Source: Parcubacteria group bacterium LiPW_15 (GTDB taxonomy: Bacteria; Patescibacteriota; Minisyncoccia; UBA6257; 2-01-FULL-56-20). Taken from it: a stretch of DNA of 64,000 nt. Location of the stretch: the NCBI GenBank assembly GCA_007375645.1, contig VMER01000001.1, forward strand, positions 5,139 to 69,138, written 5' to 3'. The notes under the pieces are model-generated. The model was not told the origin of the DNA. It saw nothing but the letters and a program-made list of their open reading frames with translations, and searched no databases. Shown in pieces: positions 1 to 8,747 of the stretch. Each line of letters opens with the position of its first letter. Within the stretch, counting starts at the first letter, position 1. The position numbers were made by a program, and so were the translations under genes.

Positions 1-2
1 GA

Positions 3-371
3 ACTTCGCAGCTCGACGGGACAGTAAGGCAAATAAGCTCGCTTATTCGGGAAGCGCAATCTAAATCCGTTTCGCAGGTTGGCGGCGCAACTTGGGGGGT
101 GGTTTTCGACAACACGACCACGAGCGAACCGTTTTACGGAATGTTTAAAGGCGCCTCCTATACCGCTACCACTTCGGTGTCGTATTATCGCTTGCCTGCG
201 AATATCGCCTACGCTACTTCCACGATTGCCGGCGGGTCTAAAGTTGAGATTTATTTTTTACAGATAAGCGGTCTGCCTTCCGCTACGGCTACGATTGGGT
301 TGGCCCTTCAGTCGCCGGATTCGCCGTCTTCCACCATCAGCGTGAATTCTTCCGGGGCGGTAAGTTTTTAA
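3..371 (+). CDS. C-terminal fragment of a hypothetical secreted or pilus-associated protein (open at the window edge)
   Basis: Frame of ORF 99..371 has no stop back to position 3, so the gene likely continues upstream of the window. Product is Ser/Thr-rich and sits directly before a prepilin gene. Confidence 0.3.
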   Translation, partial: TSQLDGTVRQISSLIREAQSKSVSQVGGATWGVVFDNTTTSEPFYGMFKGASYTATTSVSYYRLPANIAYATSTIAGGSKVEIYFLQISGLPSATATIGLALQSPDSPSSTISVNSSGAVSF

Positions 372-382
372 AAAAATAAAAA

Positions 383-1618
383 ATGCGTGATTATCGTAGC
401 GGTCAATCTCTTATAGAAATACTTGTGGCTGTCGGGGTGGGCACCATAATGCTTTTGGGTGCCATAACCGCGCTCGCCCCGGTCATCAAAAGTTCTACGG
501 ATGTGAACCGGAGCCAGATAGGCGCAGCACTCGGAAAAGAGTTGATAGACAATTTGAAAGTCTTTACGGAGGCCAACTGGCATAACCTTGATTCTTTGGC
601 AACAACTTCAGCAAACAAATATTTTTTGGTGATCTCAACCTCCTCCATGCAATCTGTTACGGGCACCGAGGTGGTTCCGTCCGGAGCGCCGGGCGCGGAT
701 CTGGTGGGTTATTGGAAGTTGGACGAAGGAGCGGCTTTAACGGCTGCAGACTCAAGTGGAAAGGGACACAGCGGAACTGTTTATGGCACCGTGGCCACTT
801 CGGGTTTCGCCGGTAATGCCAGATTTTTCGCCGGCGCCGGTAATTATATAGATATGGGTAGCTTGAACCATCTTTCCGGCAATAATTTTACCGTATCATT
901 TTGGGCGAAAACCAGTTCGACTTCGGATTATTCGAGCTTCATTGATAGTTCTATTGGGGGAGCTTCGAACCAGATAAGATTCTATTTGGGCTATTATTAC
1001 AGCAGTGTTCCCAGGGTTGCCATACTTTTGGGCAATGGCACAACCTTTAACACCTTAGATACCGGCTATACGATTCCGCCCGGCATCTGGGTTCATTACG
1101 CGGTTACCGTTAGCAGCACCCAGGTTATATTTTATGTTGATGGCAAGCAGTATGGCTCGGCGACAACCACGAGTTTAACTTTGGCGGAGGGGGATTGGAA
1201 GATCGCAAACGGTTTGGGTGGAACAGGCTGGTTCAACGGCTGGATGGATGATGTTCGCATCTATAACCACGCACTTTCTGCGTCCGAGATTCAAACCACA
1301 TTCAACGCCACTAATTTTTTTAGATATTTTTACGTGGACGATGTCCACCGCGACTCCAGCGGGAATATGGTAGCTTCCGGCGGAGGATTGGATCCGTCCA
1401 CCAAAAAAATAACGGTGGAATATTACTGGGGAGTGGTGGCGCCGAAAGCCTTAACCGTATATCTAACTCGCTCCGGGAACAGAACCCTTTGGCAGACTGA
1501 TTGGACCGGGGGCGCGGGTGTAAATGGTCCGGCCTCTACGACCGGAAGCACTTTCTCCACTTCTTCAGCTATAAACTTCGCGACTTCAAGCGGTTCCATA
1601 AGAATAGACGGATTATAG
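383..1618 (+). CDS. Prepilin-type N-terminal cleavage/methylation domain protein with LamG (concanavalin A-like lectin) domain
   Basis: N-terminus GQSLIEILVAVGVGTIMLLGAI is a class III signal/pilin motif. LamG-like blocks LVGYWKLDEG, SGNNFTVSFWAK and DDVRIYNHALSASEI are present. Confidence 0.7.
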   Translation: MRDYRSGQSLIEILVAVGVGTIMLLGAITALAPVIKSSTDVNRSQIGAALGKELIDNLKVFTEANWHNLDSLATTSANKYFLVISTSSMQSVTGTEVVPSGAPGADLVGYWKLDEGAALTAADSSGKGHSGTVYGTVATSGFAGNARFFAGAGNYIDMGSLNHLSGNNFTVSFWAKTSSTSDYSSFIDSSIGGASNQIRFYLGYYYSSVPRVAILLGNGTTFNTLDTGYTIPPGIWVHYAVTVSSTQVIFYVDGKQYGSATTTSLTLAEGDWKIANGLGGTGWFNGWMDDVRIYNHALSASEIQTTFNATNFFRYFYVDDVHRDSSGNMVASGGGLDPSTKKITVEYYWGVVAPKALTVYLTRSGNRTLWQTDWTGGAGVNGPASTTGSTFSTSSAINFATSSGSIRIDGL

Positions 1619-1624
1619 GCAAAG

Positions 1625-2515
1625 ATGAAAAATATTTTTCCAAAACTAATTCTTGCGGCAACGAGCATTTTGATCGTCGGATTTATTATAAAAACATTGC
1701 CATCGCCGAATACGGCCGAAGCGGTGGGCACGAACATAAGTTCTTCGGCAGGCAAGTATTGGGCTTGGAACGATGTCGTCGGTTGGATAAATTTTTACGA
1801 CACTCAATCGATAATCGTAGGTCCATATGGATTGACGGGTTATGCATCCTCGTCTTTCGGCGAAGTGTCTTTGGACTGCAATACCACGCCTATCGGCAAT
1901 ATTTGCGGAACTTCTAATTATCAGGTTTTAAACGACGGTAACGGGAACCTCTCCGGCTGGGGTTGGAATGACCAAGCCGGCTGGATAAGCTTTTGCGGAG
2001 GTCAAAACACTTCTGCTTGTCCGGGGACGGTGGGTTATGAGGTTTTGGTAAGCGCGGGCACGGGAATTTTTACCGGTTGGGCCTGGAACGATCTTGTCGG
2101 CTGGATAAGCTTTAATTGTTCAAATGTGCCGGGAAGCTGCACTACTTCGCAATACGACGTGGAAACTACATGGGTCGCCACATCCACATCCGGATTTCTT
2201 GAATCCACCACCTACGACACGGGAATTGCCGGAGGAGCGCAAATAAATTCCGTGCTTTGGAAAGGTTCGCAGCCCGCCGGTACGTCGGTAGGTTTCCAAT
2301 TCGCGGGGTCAAATTCATCTAGCGGTCCATGGATATATACAGGTCCTTCCGGAACAAACAGCTACTATACCGTTGGTCCTTCAATCTCTTTGCCGGTTGA
2401 TTATGCCCTTCACAACAACCAGCGTTATTTCAGGTACAAGGTTCAGCTTGTTTCGGATCAGGCGCAAAGAAATACGCCCCGGGTGGATGATGTTATAGTC
2501 AATTGGAGCCCATAA
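1625..2515 (+). CDS. Secreted Trp-rich repeat protein
   Basis: N-terminal signal peptide. Three copies of W(A/G)WND..GWI(N/S)F spaced about 55 aa apart (nt near 1759, 1969, 2081). No recognised family. Confidence 0.5.
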   Translation: MKNIFPKLILAATSILIVGFIIKTLPSPNTAEAVGTNISSSAGKYWAWNDVVGWINFYDTQSIIVGPYGLTGYASSSFGEVSLDCNTTPIGNICGTSNYQVLNDGNGNLSGWGWNDQAGWISFCGGQNTSACPGTVGYEVLVSAGTGIFTGWAWNDLVGWISFNCSNVPGSCTTSQYDVETTWVATSTSGFLESTTYDTGIAGGAQINSVLWKGSQPAGTSVGFQFAGSNSSSGPWIYTGPSGTNSYYTVGPSISLPVDYALHNNQRYFRYKVQLVSDQAQRNTPRVDDVIVNWSP

Positions 2516-2520
2516 AATAC

Positions 2521-2614
2521 AGAATCCAGAATTTAGAATGTAGAATATTCGTAAAATACATTCAAATTCACAAATCCTAATGCCACATTCTACATTCCAC
2601 ATTCTACATTCTCG
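2521..2614. repeat. Imperfect inverted repeat (about 20 nt arms, 16/19 match) with tandem ACATTCY heptamers
   Basis: Left arm agaatccagaatttagaatgtagaatattcg versus right arm cacattctacattccacattctacattctcg. Spans the stop of the upstream gene and the first codons of ORF 2580. Confidence 0.5.
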
Positions 2615-3029
2615 CCATCAGGGCCAGGCCGCTCTCTCGCTCATCTTTCTTATCGGTGGTATTGCGCTTTTGGTTGCGGTGACGCTTTCTTTGGTGGCCA
2701 TAAACTTTTTGAATTCTACTTTTGCTTTTCAATCCGCCAACAAGGCAATGGCGCTTGCGACGAGCGGGGTGGAGGATGCGCTCGTGCAGCTTAATAGGAA
2801 TTCCAGCTTTTCGAATATCGGCGGTTATATGGTTCCGGCCGGCTGTACGATTGGAGCGGCGGATTGCGCGACTGTTTTGGTCACGCAAAGCTCTCCCGCC
2901 GCCAATCAGGCGACAATTGTGTCCACAGCGACATCTTTCGCTTCTCAGCGTAAAATTCAAGTAGTGGTTGCGATCGACCCCAATACGGGCCAACTGGATA
3001 TTGTGTCGTGGGAGGTGAAGGCGCTGTAG
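2580..3029 (+). CDS. Putative pilin-like membrane-anchored protein
   Basis: Hydrophobic N-terminal helix GQAALSLIFLIGGIALLVAVTLSLVA after a short leader, pilin-like architecture, position inside the pilus cluster. Lacks the canonical Glu5, so the call is weak. Start overlaps a repeat. Confidence 0.35.
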   Translation: MPHSTFHILHSRHQGQAALSLIFLIGGIALLVAVTLSLVAINFLNSTFAFQSANKAMALATSGVEDALVQLNRNSSFSNIGGYMVPAGCTIGAADCATVLVTQSSPAANQATIVSTATSFASQRKIQVVVAIDPNTGQLDIVSWEVKAL

Positions 3030-3039
3030 GTTCACAAAA

Positions 3040-4557
3040 ATGAAACAAAATTCGCTCGCAAAACTCCTATCTTTCCTTCGCGCCAAACCGATGATCGGCG
3101 GTCTTGAGATCGCCGATACGGCCTTACGGTTTGTGGTTTGGGACGGAAAAACCTTTCAGATGACCGGACTTAAACTTCTGCCGGGCGTGGTCGTTGGCGG
3201 ACAACTGAAGGACAAAGAGCGTTTTATCGCCGCGCTTAAAATGTTACATGCTCAGATTTTGGGCGAAAAGAAACACAGAACTAAAATAAACGCGATAATT
3301 TCTTTAAGTTCCATCGGCGTATATACGCAGGTTTTCACCCTGCCGTTCATCGAGGGGGAGAGCCTTGAAAAAGCGGTGCAGCTGAATATTCAAATGATTT
3401 CGCCTTTGGATTTTTCGGAGGCCTATTCCGGTTGGCAGTTCGCGAATAAAGACGAAGACAAGGTTCGCCTAGAGATCTTAAGCGCTTTCGCAAACAAAGG
3501 CGTCGTGGATGAATTTTCCGGAGCGCTTCATGTTGCCGGGTTTTTGGTGGTCGCAGTGGAATCCCGCGCCCTTTCTTTATCTCGGCTCCTCAAGGAGGCC
3601 GGAGCCGGTTTCGATCCGACGCGATCGGAGGTAGTTATGAGCGTTGATGGAAGCGGATTGGACTTTTTGATAATCCGCCATGGACAACTGCATTTTGATT
3701 ATTTTAATTCCTGGCACGATATACAGGGTGAATCCAAAGAAATTTCTCCGGATGCTTTTCGTGCTGCCGTTATCAGAAATCTACATCAGGTTTTAAATTT
3801 TTATAATTCTCATTGGCAAGAGCCCCTTGATGAAATAATTCTTGCAACCACCGGCTTTCACGATGAGGTTGTAAAAATAATTCAAGAAAACTTTTCCATA
3901 AAGATTCGGGATTTTGAGCTAAACACCAGCCAAACGGTTGCACCGGATTGGTTTGTAGCTTTGGGTTCTGCGGTGAGGGGATTGATCCCGCGCCGTAGCG
4001 ACAAAGAAATAAGCCTCTTGGGCGTAGATGCCCAGGAAGAATTCGGAAGAGAACAGGTATTGGGATTTCTGCGTTTTTGGCAGGTGTTAATGCCCGCGGC
4101 TGCGGCGATATTCATGATTGCATTTGCGGGCGTTTATTTCTCCCTTTCCAATATAGATGAGAATTTGGAGGCGGACGTGGCCTCGGTAAACCGTGGAGAG
4201 CAAGCACAAGAGATGAGGGGCATCGAATCTCAAATATCCGAATTTAATCGGGCCGTAACCTTGCTTTCCAGCGTAGAAAAAGCCGCTACCCTAAAGACCA
4301 TACTGCTCCAAAAAATTTCTGATTTTTCCGGCAGGACCGGCGTAATGATATCCCGGATATATTATCAGTCTGCGAATTCGCCGATAATGATTTCCGGTTC
4401 TGCCAGGTCGCCCGATGACCTTCTGGCGTTTAAAAAACTATTGGAAGGGGAGCCGACCGTCAAGAATATAGAATTGCCTCCTTCCTCGGTGCAGGTTTCT
4501 CCGCAAGGAGCGGTGTTCTCTATGAGTTTTTCCGAAGCTCAAGCCAGCCCGCGCTAA
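3040..4557 (+). CDS. pilM: Type IV pilus assembly protein PilM fused to a PilN/PilO-like membrane domain
   Basis: N-terminal 330 aa resemble the actin-like PilM fold (GGLEIADTALRFVVW..., conserved G-rich blocks). Single TM (FWQVLMPAAAAIFMIAFAGVYF) follows, then a 150 aa periplasmic tail typical of PilN. Confidence 0.6.
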   Translation: MKQNSLAKLLSFLRAKPMIGGLEIADTALRFVVWDGKTFQMTGLKLLPGVVVGGQLKDKERFIAALKMLHAQILGEKKHRTKINAIISLSSIGVYTQVFTLPFIEGESLEKAVQLNIQMISPLDFSEAYSGWQFANKDEDKVRLEILSAFANKGVVDEFSGALHVAGFLVVAVESRALSLSRLLKEAGAGFDPTRSEVVMSVDGSGLDFLIIRHGQLHFDYFNSWHDIQGESKEISPDAFRAAVIRNLHQVLNFYNSHWQEPLDEIILATTGFHDEVVKIIQENFSIKIRDFELNTSQTVAPDWFVALGSAVRGLIPRRSDKEISLLGVDAQEEFGREQVLGFLRFWQVLMPAAAAIFMIAFAGVYFSLSNIDENLEADVASVNRGEQAQEMRGIESQISEFNRAVTLLSSVEKAATLKTILLQKISDFSGRTGVMISRIYYQSANSPIMISGSARSPDDLLAFKKLLEGEPTVKNIELPPSSVQVSPQGAVFSMSFSEAQASPR

Positions 4558-5068
4558 GAGCTTCTCCGAGAAGCAACTCCATTTTCTTTTTGGGTATATT
4601 TTTTAGAACAAATTCCTCCGCTTTTTTTCTGATTTTTTCGTCGGGATTTCTGATGCCGATGCGCATGCGTTTGAAATTGGAGATCCCTGTTTCGTTTCCG
4701 ATGGAAATGAGTCCATGGTGGCCGGCAAGGTTTGTGCTTTCGGAAATTTTTATCGTGCCTAGATTCAGGTCGCTATCGTCATGCAAGATTATTACCTCCG
4801 ACGGTTTGGCGGAAAAGTATTTTAAAACAGCCTTGACCGCGAGCCCTGAATCGTTCATGAAAGTTTTCGGCTTTACGAATATAAAAATATCTCCATTTTG
4901 TATCTCGGCCTTATGAAAGCCGAAAAGCGGGAAGCTTTTCTCCGGAGAAATATCCCCCTCCGGAAGCATTCGGGCCATAATTCCTTCAAGTGCCAGCGCC
5001 CCCGCGTTGTGGTAGGTATTTTCGTATTTTGCTCCCGGGTTTCCGAGCCCGACAAGAATTTTTCTCAT
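4520..5068 (-). CDS. pth: Peptidyl-tRNA hydrolase
   Basis: MRKILVGLGNPGAKYENTYHNAG matches the Pth N-terminal signature. Length 182 aa. Confidence 0.85.
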   Translation of the reverse strand: MRKILVGLGNPGAKYENTYHNAGALALEGIMARMLPEGDISPEKSFPLFGFHKAEIQNGDIFIFVKPKTFMNDSGLAVKAVLKYFSAKPSEVIILHDDSDLNLGTIKISESTNLAGHHGLISIGNETGISNFKRMRIGIRNPDEKIRKKAEEFVLKNIPKKKMELLLGEALSAGWLELRKNS

Positions 5069-5130
5069 ATTTATTTATATTAACCGGTCTTGCTAGGATT
5101 ATACCCTATAATGTATACTCAAGTGTAATC

Positions 5131-5661
5131 ATGCGGAAATTTCTTGCTTCCGTGCTCGAGGTTGCCGAAATCGCCCTTATCGCTTTGGGGGCGGTGTTCA
5201 TTGTGCGGCACTTTCTGGTGCAGCCCTTTTTGGTATCGGGAGCGAGCATGGCTCCGAATTTTGAGAACGGAGATTATCTGATGGTGGACGAGCTTACCTA
5301 CCGCGTGCGCGAGCCCCAAAGGGGGGAAGTCGTGGTTTTTCGCTATCCGAACGACAATACGACTTTCTTCATCAAGCGGATAATAGGTCTTCCCGGCGAG
5401 CATGTCGTGCTCTCTGACGGCAAGGTGGAGATAAACGGAAAGATTTTGGACGAAGGTTATCTTCCTCAAAATATTTCTACCCAAGGATCCGTCGATATTG
5501 CCTTAAAAACAGCCGAATATTTCGTGATGGGAGACAACCGTCCTTATAGCTTTGATTCCAGAAGCTGGGGCGTTCTCCCCAAAGATGATCTTGTCGGTGT
5601 CGCGAGATTGAGGCTTTGGCCGGTACAGGACTTTACCGTTTTCGCCGCTCCGAATTATTAA
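5131..5661 (+). CDS. lepB: Signal peptidase I
   Basis: TM anchor followed by the GASMAPNF (Ser box) and GDNRPYSFDSRSWG (box E) motifs. Start chosen at ATG 5131 inside longer ORF 4990. Confidence 0.85.
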   Translation: MRKFLASVLEVAEIALIALGAVFIVRHFLVQPFLVSGASMAPNFENGDYLMVDELTYRVREPQRGEVVVFRYPNDNTTFFIKRIIGLPGEHVVLSDGKVEINGKILDEGYLPQNISTQGSVDIALKTAEYFVMGDNRPYSFDSRSWGVLPKDDLVGVARLRLWPVQDFTVFAAPNY

Positions 5662-5666
5662 TTAAA

Positions 5667-6974
5667 ATGCCGGATAAAAAAATAAAAGAAAAAAAGACAA
5701 TTCCCGACGGATTAAAAACCCCCAAGGGTATGCACGATATACTTCCCGGAGAAGAGGTTTGGTGGGACAAATTGTATCGCGCCGCGGAGAAAATCAGCGA
5801 ATTTTACGGTTTTCATAAGATCGAGACGCCCATACTTGAGCAAGCGTCTCTCTTTGAGCGCGCCGTGGGCGAAGATACGGATATAGTACAGAAAGAAATG
5901 TATATCGTGAAAACCAAGGGTGGAGATGTCTTGGCCTTGCGCCCCGAGTGTACCGCGCCCGTCGCCAGGGCTTTTATTGAGCACAGCCTGGGCAAGTCTT
6001 CACCGCTTCAGAAACTTTGGTATTCCGGCCCGATGTTCCGCTATGAGAATCCACAGGCCGGGCGCTTTCGCCAATTTCACCAGATAGGCTTTGAGACGAT
6101 CGGCGGGCCTAACGATCCGATGTATGACGCCCAGATAATCATCACGACCCAGAGATTTTTGGAGGAGCTGAAAATAAAAAACCTAAACCTTAAAATTAAC
6201 TCCATCGGTTGCCGAGTTTGCCGGCCGATATATAAGCGGCAGCTTCAGACCTATTACAAGCCTCATTTGAAACAGCTTTGCGCAGATTGTAATCGGAGAT
6301 ATGCCACAAACCCTCTGCGCCTTTTGGATTGTAAAAACGAAAAGTGCCAGCCGTTCAAGGAAAAAGTTCCGAACTTTTTCGATAAGCTTTGCACTACCTG
6401 CAGTACTCACTTAAAGACTGTCTTGGAATACATGGATGAACTGAAGATCCCGTATTCTTTGGACAATCAACTGGTGCGGGGTTTGGATTATTACAGTCGT
6501 ACGGTTTTTGAGTTTTATGTGGAAGGCGACGGCATGAATCTGGGTGCCGTGGCCGGAGGCGGCCGATACGATTATCTTTTGGAGGCTTTGGGCGGACGCC
6601 CGACTCCGGGTGTTGGAGCCGCGCTTGGATCAGAACGTCTAATTGAGGTAATGAAGGCCCAGGGCGCGACTCCGCAGCTCAGAGTCCCGCGTAAAGTCTT
6701 CATGATCCACGTCGGCGAACAAGCCAAAAAGAAATCTTTGGGAATAATTGAGGAACTAAGGAGGGGAAATATATCCGTAACCGAGGCCTTAAGCCGCGAG
6801 TCTTTGAAGGCGCAGCTTAAGATGGCCGATCGGGAAGGAGCCCCCCTCGCGCTGATCCTCGGCCAAAAAGAAATTTTCGAGAATTCCATCATTATCCGCG
6901 ATCTCAAAAACAGCCTTCAGGAAAATGTCCCCCTAGAAAGGCTTGTCGAAGAAATTAAAAAGCGTCTCAAATAG
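5667..6974 (+). CDS. hisS: Histidyl-tRNA synthetase
   Basis: Class II motifs. GMHDILPGE, FRYENPQAGRFRQFHQ and GGGRYD are HisRS signatures. Start chosen at ATG 5667. Confidence 0.9.
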   Translation: MPDKKIKEKKTIPDGLKTPKGMHDILPGEEVWWDKLYRAAEKISEFYGFHKIETPILEQASLFERAVGEDTDIVQKEMYIVKTKGGDVLALRPECTAPVARAFIEHSLGKSSPLQKLWYSGPMFRYENPQAGRFRQFHQIGFETIGGPNDPMYDAQIIITTQRFLEELKIKNLNLKINSIGCRVCRPIYKRQLQTYYKPHLKQLCADCNRRYATNPLRLLDCKNEKCQPFKEKVPNFFDKLCTTCSTHLKTVLEYMDELKIPYSLDNQLVRGLDYYSRTVFEFYVEGDGMNLGAVAGGGRYDYLLEALGGRPTPGVGAALGSERLIEVMKAQGATPQLRVPRKVFMIHVGEQAKKKSLGIIEELRRGNISVTEALSRESLKAQLKMADREGAPLALILGQKEIFENSIIIRDLKNSLQENVPLERLVEEIKKRLK

Positions 6975-7385
6975 ATGGATTGTGTATTCTGTAAAATAGG
7001 AGGAAAAGAGATCCCGGCAGAAATAGTGTTTGAGAACGAAGAATCTTTTGCCATTCTTGATATCCATCCGGTCGCTCCGGGCCACACCATGGTAATCCCG
7101 AAGGGCCACGCACAAAATCTTTTGGATCTTCCGCGAGCTGAGGTTAAGCCGCTTTTTGAAGATCTGAAGACCGTGCTGCATAAGATATCTTCCGCGCTTC
7201 GCCCGGATGGATTTACAATAGGCATAAACCAGGGTTCGATCTCCGGCCAGGTGGTGGATCACCTTCACATACACATAATTCCCAGATTTGTCGGCGATAG
7301 CGGAGGATCGGTGCATTCCGTGGTCCAAAATCCGCCTGCCGAATCCCTTGCAGAGATCGCCGCAAAGATCAGAGCCGCCGACTGA
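6975..7385 (+). CDS. HIT family histidine triad protein
   Basis: HPVAPGHTMVIPKGH and HLHIHIIPR histidine triad motifs. Confidence 0.85.
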   Translation: MDCVFCKIGGKEIPAEIVFENEESFAILDIHPVAPGHTMVIPKGHAQNLLDLPRAEVKPLFEDLKTVLHKISSALRPDGFTIGINQGSISGQVVDHLHIHIIPRFVGDSGGSVHSVVQNPPAESLAEIAAKIRAAD

Positions 7386-7452
7386 CCCCTTGCCGGGTTA
7401 GGAGGAGGGGCATGCTTGCCAGGCCGCGTTTTTTCATCTAATATATATCCCT

Positions 7453-7668
7453 ATGATAGAAGTTCAGAAAAAAGAAGGAGAATCGGCATCAAGCCTTTAT
7501 TTCCGTTTTTCAAAGAAGGTCAGGAGAAGCGGCGTAATTTTGGAAGTCAGAAAACGCCGGTTTCATGACCGGGTTGTGAACAAGCGGAAGGTCCGGGAGT
7601 CCGCAAAACACCGCGCCAACAAGGCCAAGGAAATAACCAGACTTAAAAAGCTTGGCCTTTCCGCCTAG
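7453..7668 (+). CDS. rpsU: 30S ribosomal protein S21
   Basis: 71 aa, basic, with the pattern KKVRRSGVILEVRKRRFH...KHRANKAK typical of S21. Confidence 0.7.
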   Translation: MIEVQKKEGESASSLYFRFSKKVRRSGVILEVRKRRFHDRVVNKRKVRESAKHRANKAKEITRLKKLGLSA

Positions 7669-7761
7669 CTAAAGCGGTATTTAGTATTAGGTGTGCGGTA
7701 TTGGGTATTCGTGCGCGATACTTAATACTTGATACGAAATACGATATACTATCCTTACACG

Positions 7762-8208
7762 ATGTCTCTAAGCGAAAAAATTACGGAAGAGCTCAAGACC
7801 GCCATGAGGGCCGGGGATACCACATCCACCGGTCTTTTGCGTTTTCTTATTTCGCAGATAAGGGGAAAAGAAAAAGAAAAATTCGGAGCTCAAGAAGGAG
7901 TTTTGACCGACGAGGAGGTCCTCGATGTTTTTGCAAAAGAAGCCAAAAAAAGAAAAGAAGCAATCGCTCTTTTTGAGCAAGGCGGCCGGAAGGATCTCGC
8001 CGATAAAGAAAAAGCGGAGCTCGCAATGATTGAAAGATATCTTCCGGCCCAGCTTGGGAAGGATGAGATTCGGGTGGTAGTAAAGGAAATAATTTCCGGC
8101 GGCGCGAGCACCTTCCCGCTCGCGGTAAAAGAGGCAATGGCCCGTCTTAAGGGTCAGGCGGATGGCAAACTGGTTTCGGAGATAATAAAGGAAGAGCTCG
8201 GGAGTTAA
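7762..8208 (+). CDS. GatB/YqeY domain protein
   Basis: MSLSEKITEELKTAMRAGD....LPAQLGKDEI resembles YqeY. Start at ATG 7762 inside ORF 7729. Confidence 0.7.
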   Translation: MSLSEKITEELKTAMRAGDTTSTGLLRFLISQIRGKEKEKFGAQEGVLTDEEVLDVFAKEAKKRKEAIALFEQGGRKDLADKEKAELAMIERYLPAQLGKDEIRVVVKEIISGGASTFPLAVKEAMARLKGQADGKLVSEIIKEELGS

Positions 8209-8321
8209 AAGCAAACTTATCACGTAAGAAAATTTAGCGACCCGATATTATGAAAAATGGATTCAACTGCGCCCAACCATCATTTTTGGGATGAAAACGT
8301 CGGTTTTAATTTTCTAGCGGG

Positions 8322-8747
8322 ATGAAATCCGCGGAGGCTCAGCTCCGCCGAATGGCGGCAGAACTACTTCATCTCTTGGGCGAAAAAAAGTGCTTCGTCC
8401 AGATTTTTTTATTGAAAGATCGGGAGATGCGCAAACTTGGGAAAAAGGTGGGTGCCCTTCCGAGCCTTAAACGGTCCAAAATGGGCAGAGAGCTTCGAAA
8501 AGAGGAGCACCTGAACGTGCTTTCTTTTCCGGATGAGGTTCAGTTTCCCGACTTTGACGGCCGCCGGTCGCTTGGCGAGGTGTACTTGAACTACGATTGG
8601 GCGGAGAAAAAGACCGAGGTTCTTTCCTATCTGCTTATCCACGGAATTCTTCATCTTTTGGGCTACCATCACGGCTCAAAACGTGATACCATAAAAATGG
8701 AAAAACTGGAAAAGAAATTATGGCGTCACGTTTTATTGTCGGTCTAG
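8322..8747 (+). CDS. ybeY: Endoribonuclease YbeY (rRNA maturation)
   Basis: C-terminal HGILHLLGYHHG matches the H-x3-H-x5-H zinc-binding motif of YbeY. Confidence 0.65.
   Translation: MKSAEAQLRRMAAELLHLLGEKKCFVQIFLLKDREMRKLGKKVGALPSLKRSKMGRELRKEEHLNVLSFPDEVQFPDFDGRRSLGEVYLNYDWAEKKTEVLSYLLIHGILHLLGYHHGSKRDTIKMEKLEKKLWRHVLLSV

Noticed and set aside
2604-3086. 160-aa minus-strand ORF overlapping the pilin-like gene
   Set aside because: Arg/His-rich low-complexity product. The plus-strand frame has a TM helix and fits the operon direction.
7385-7452. Possible terminator after the HIT gene (gcatgcttgccaggccgcgtttttt)
   Set aside because: The T-run is present but I could not find a convincing complementary 5' arm, so the stem is not demonstrable by eye.
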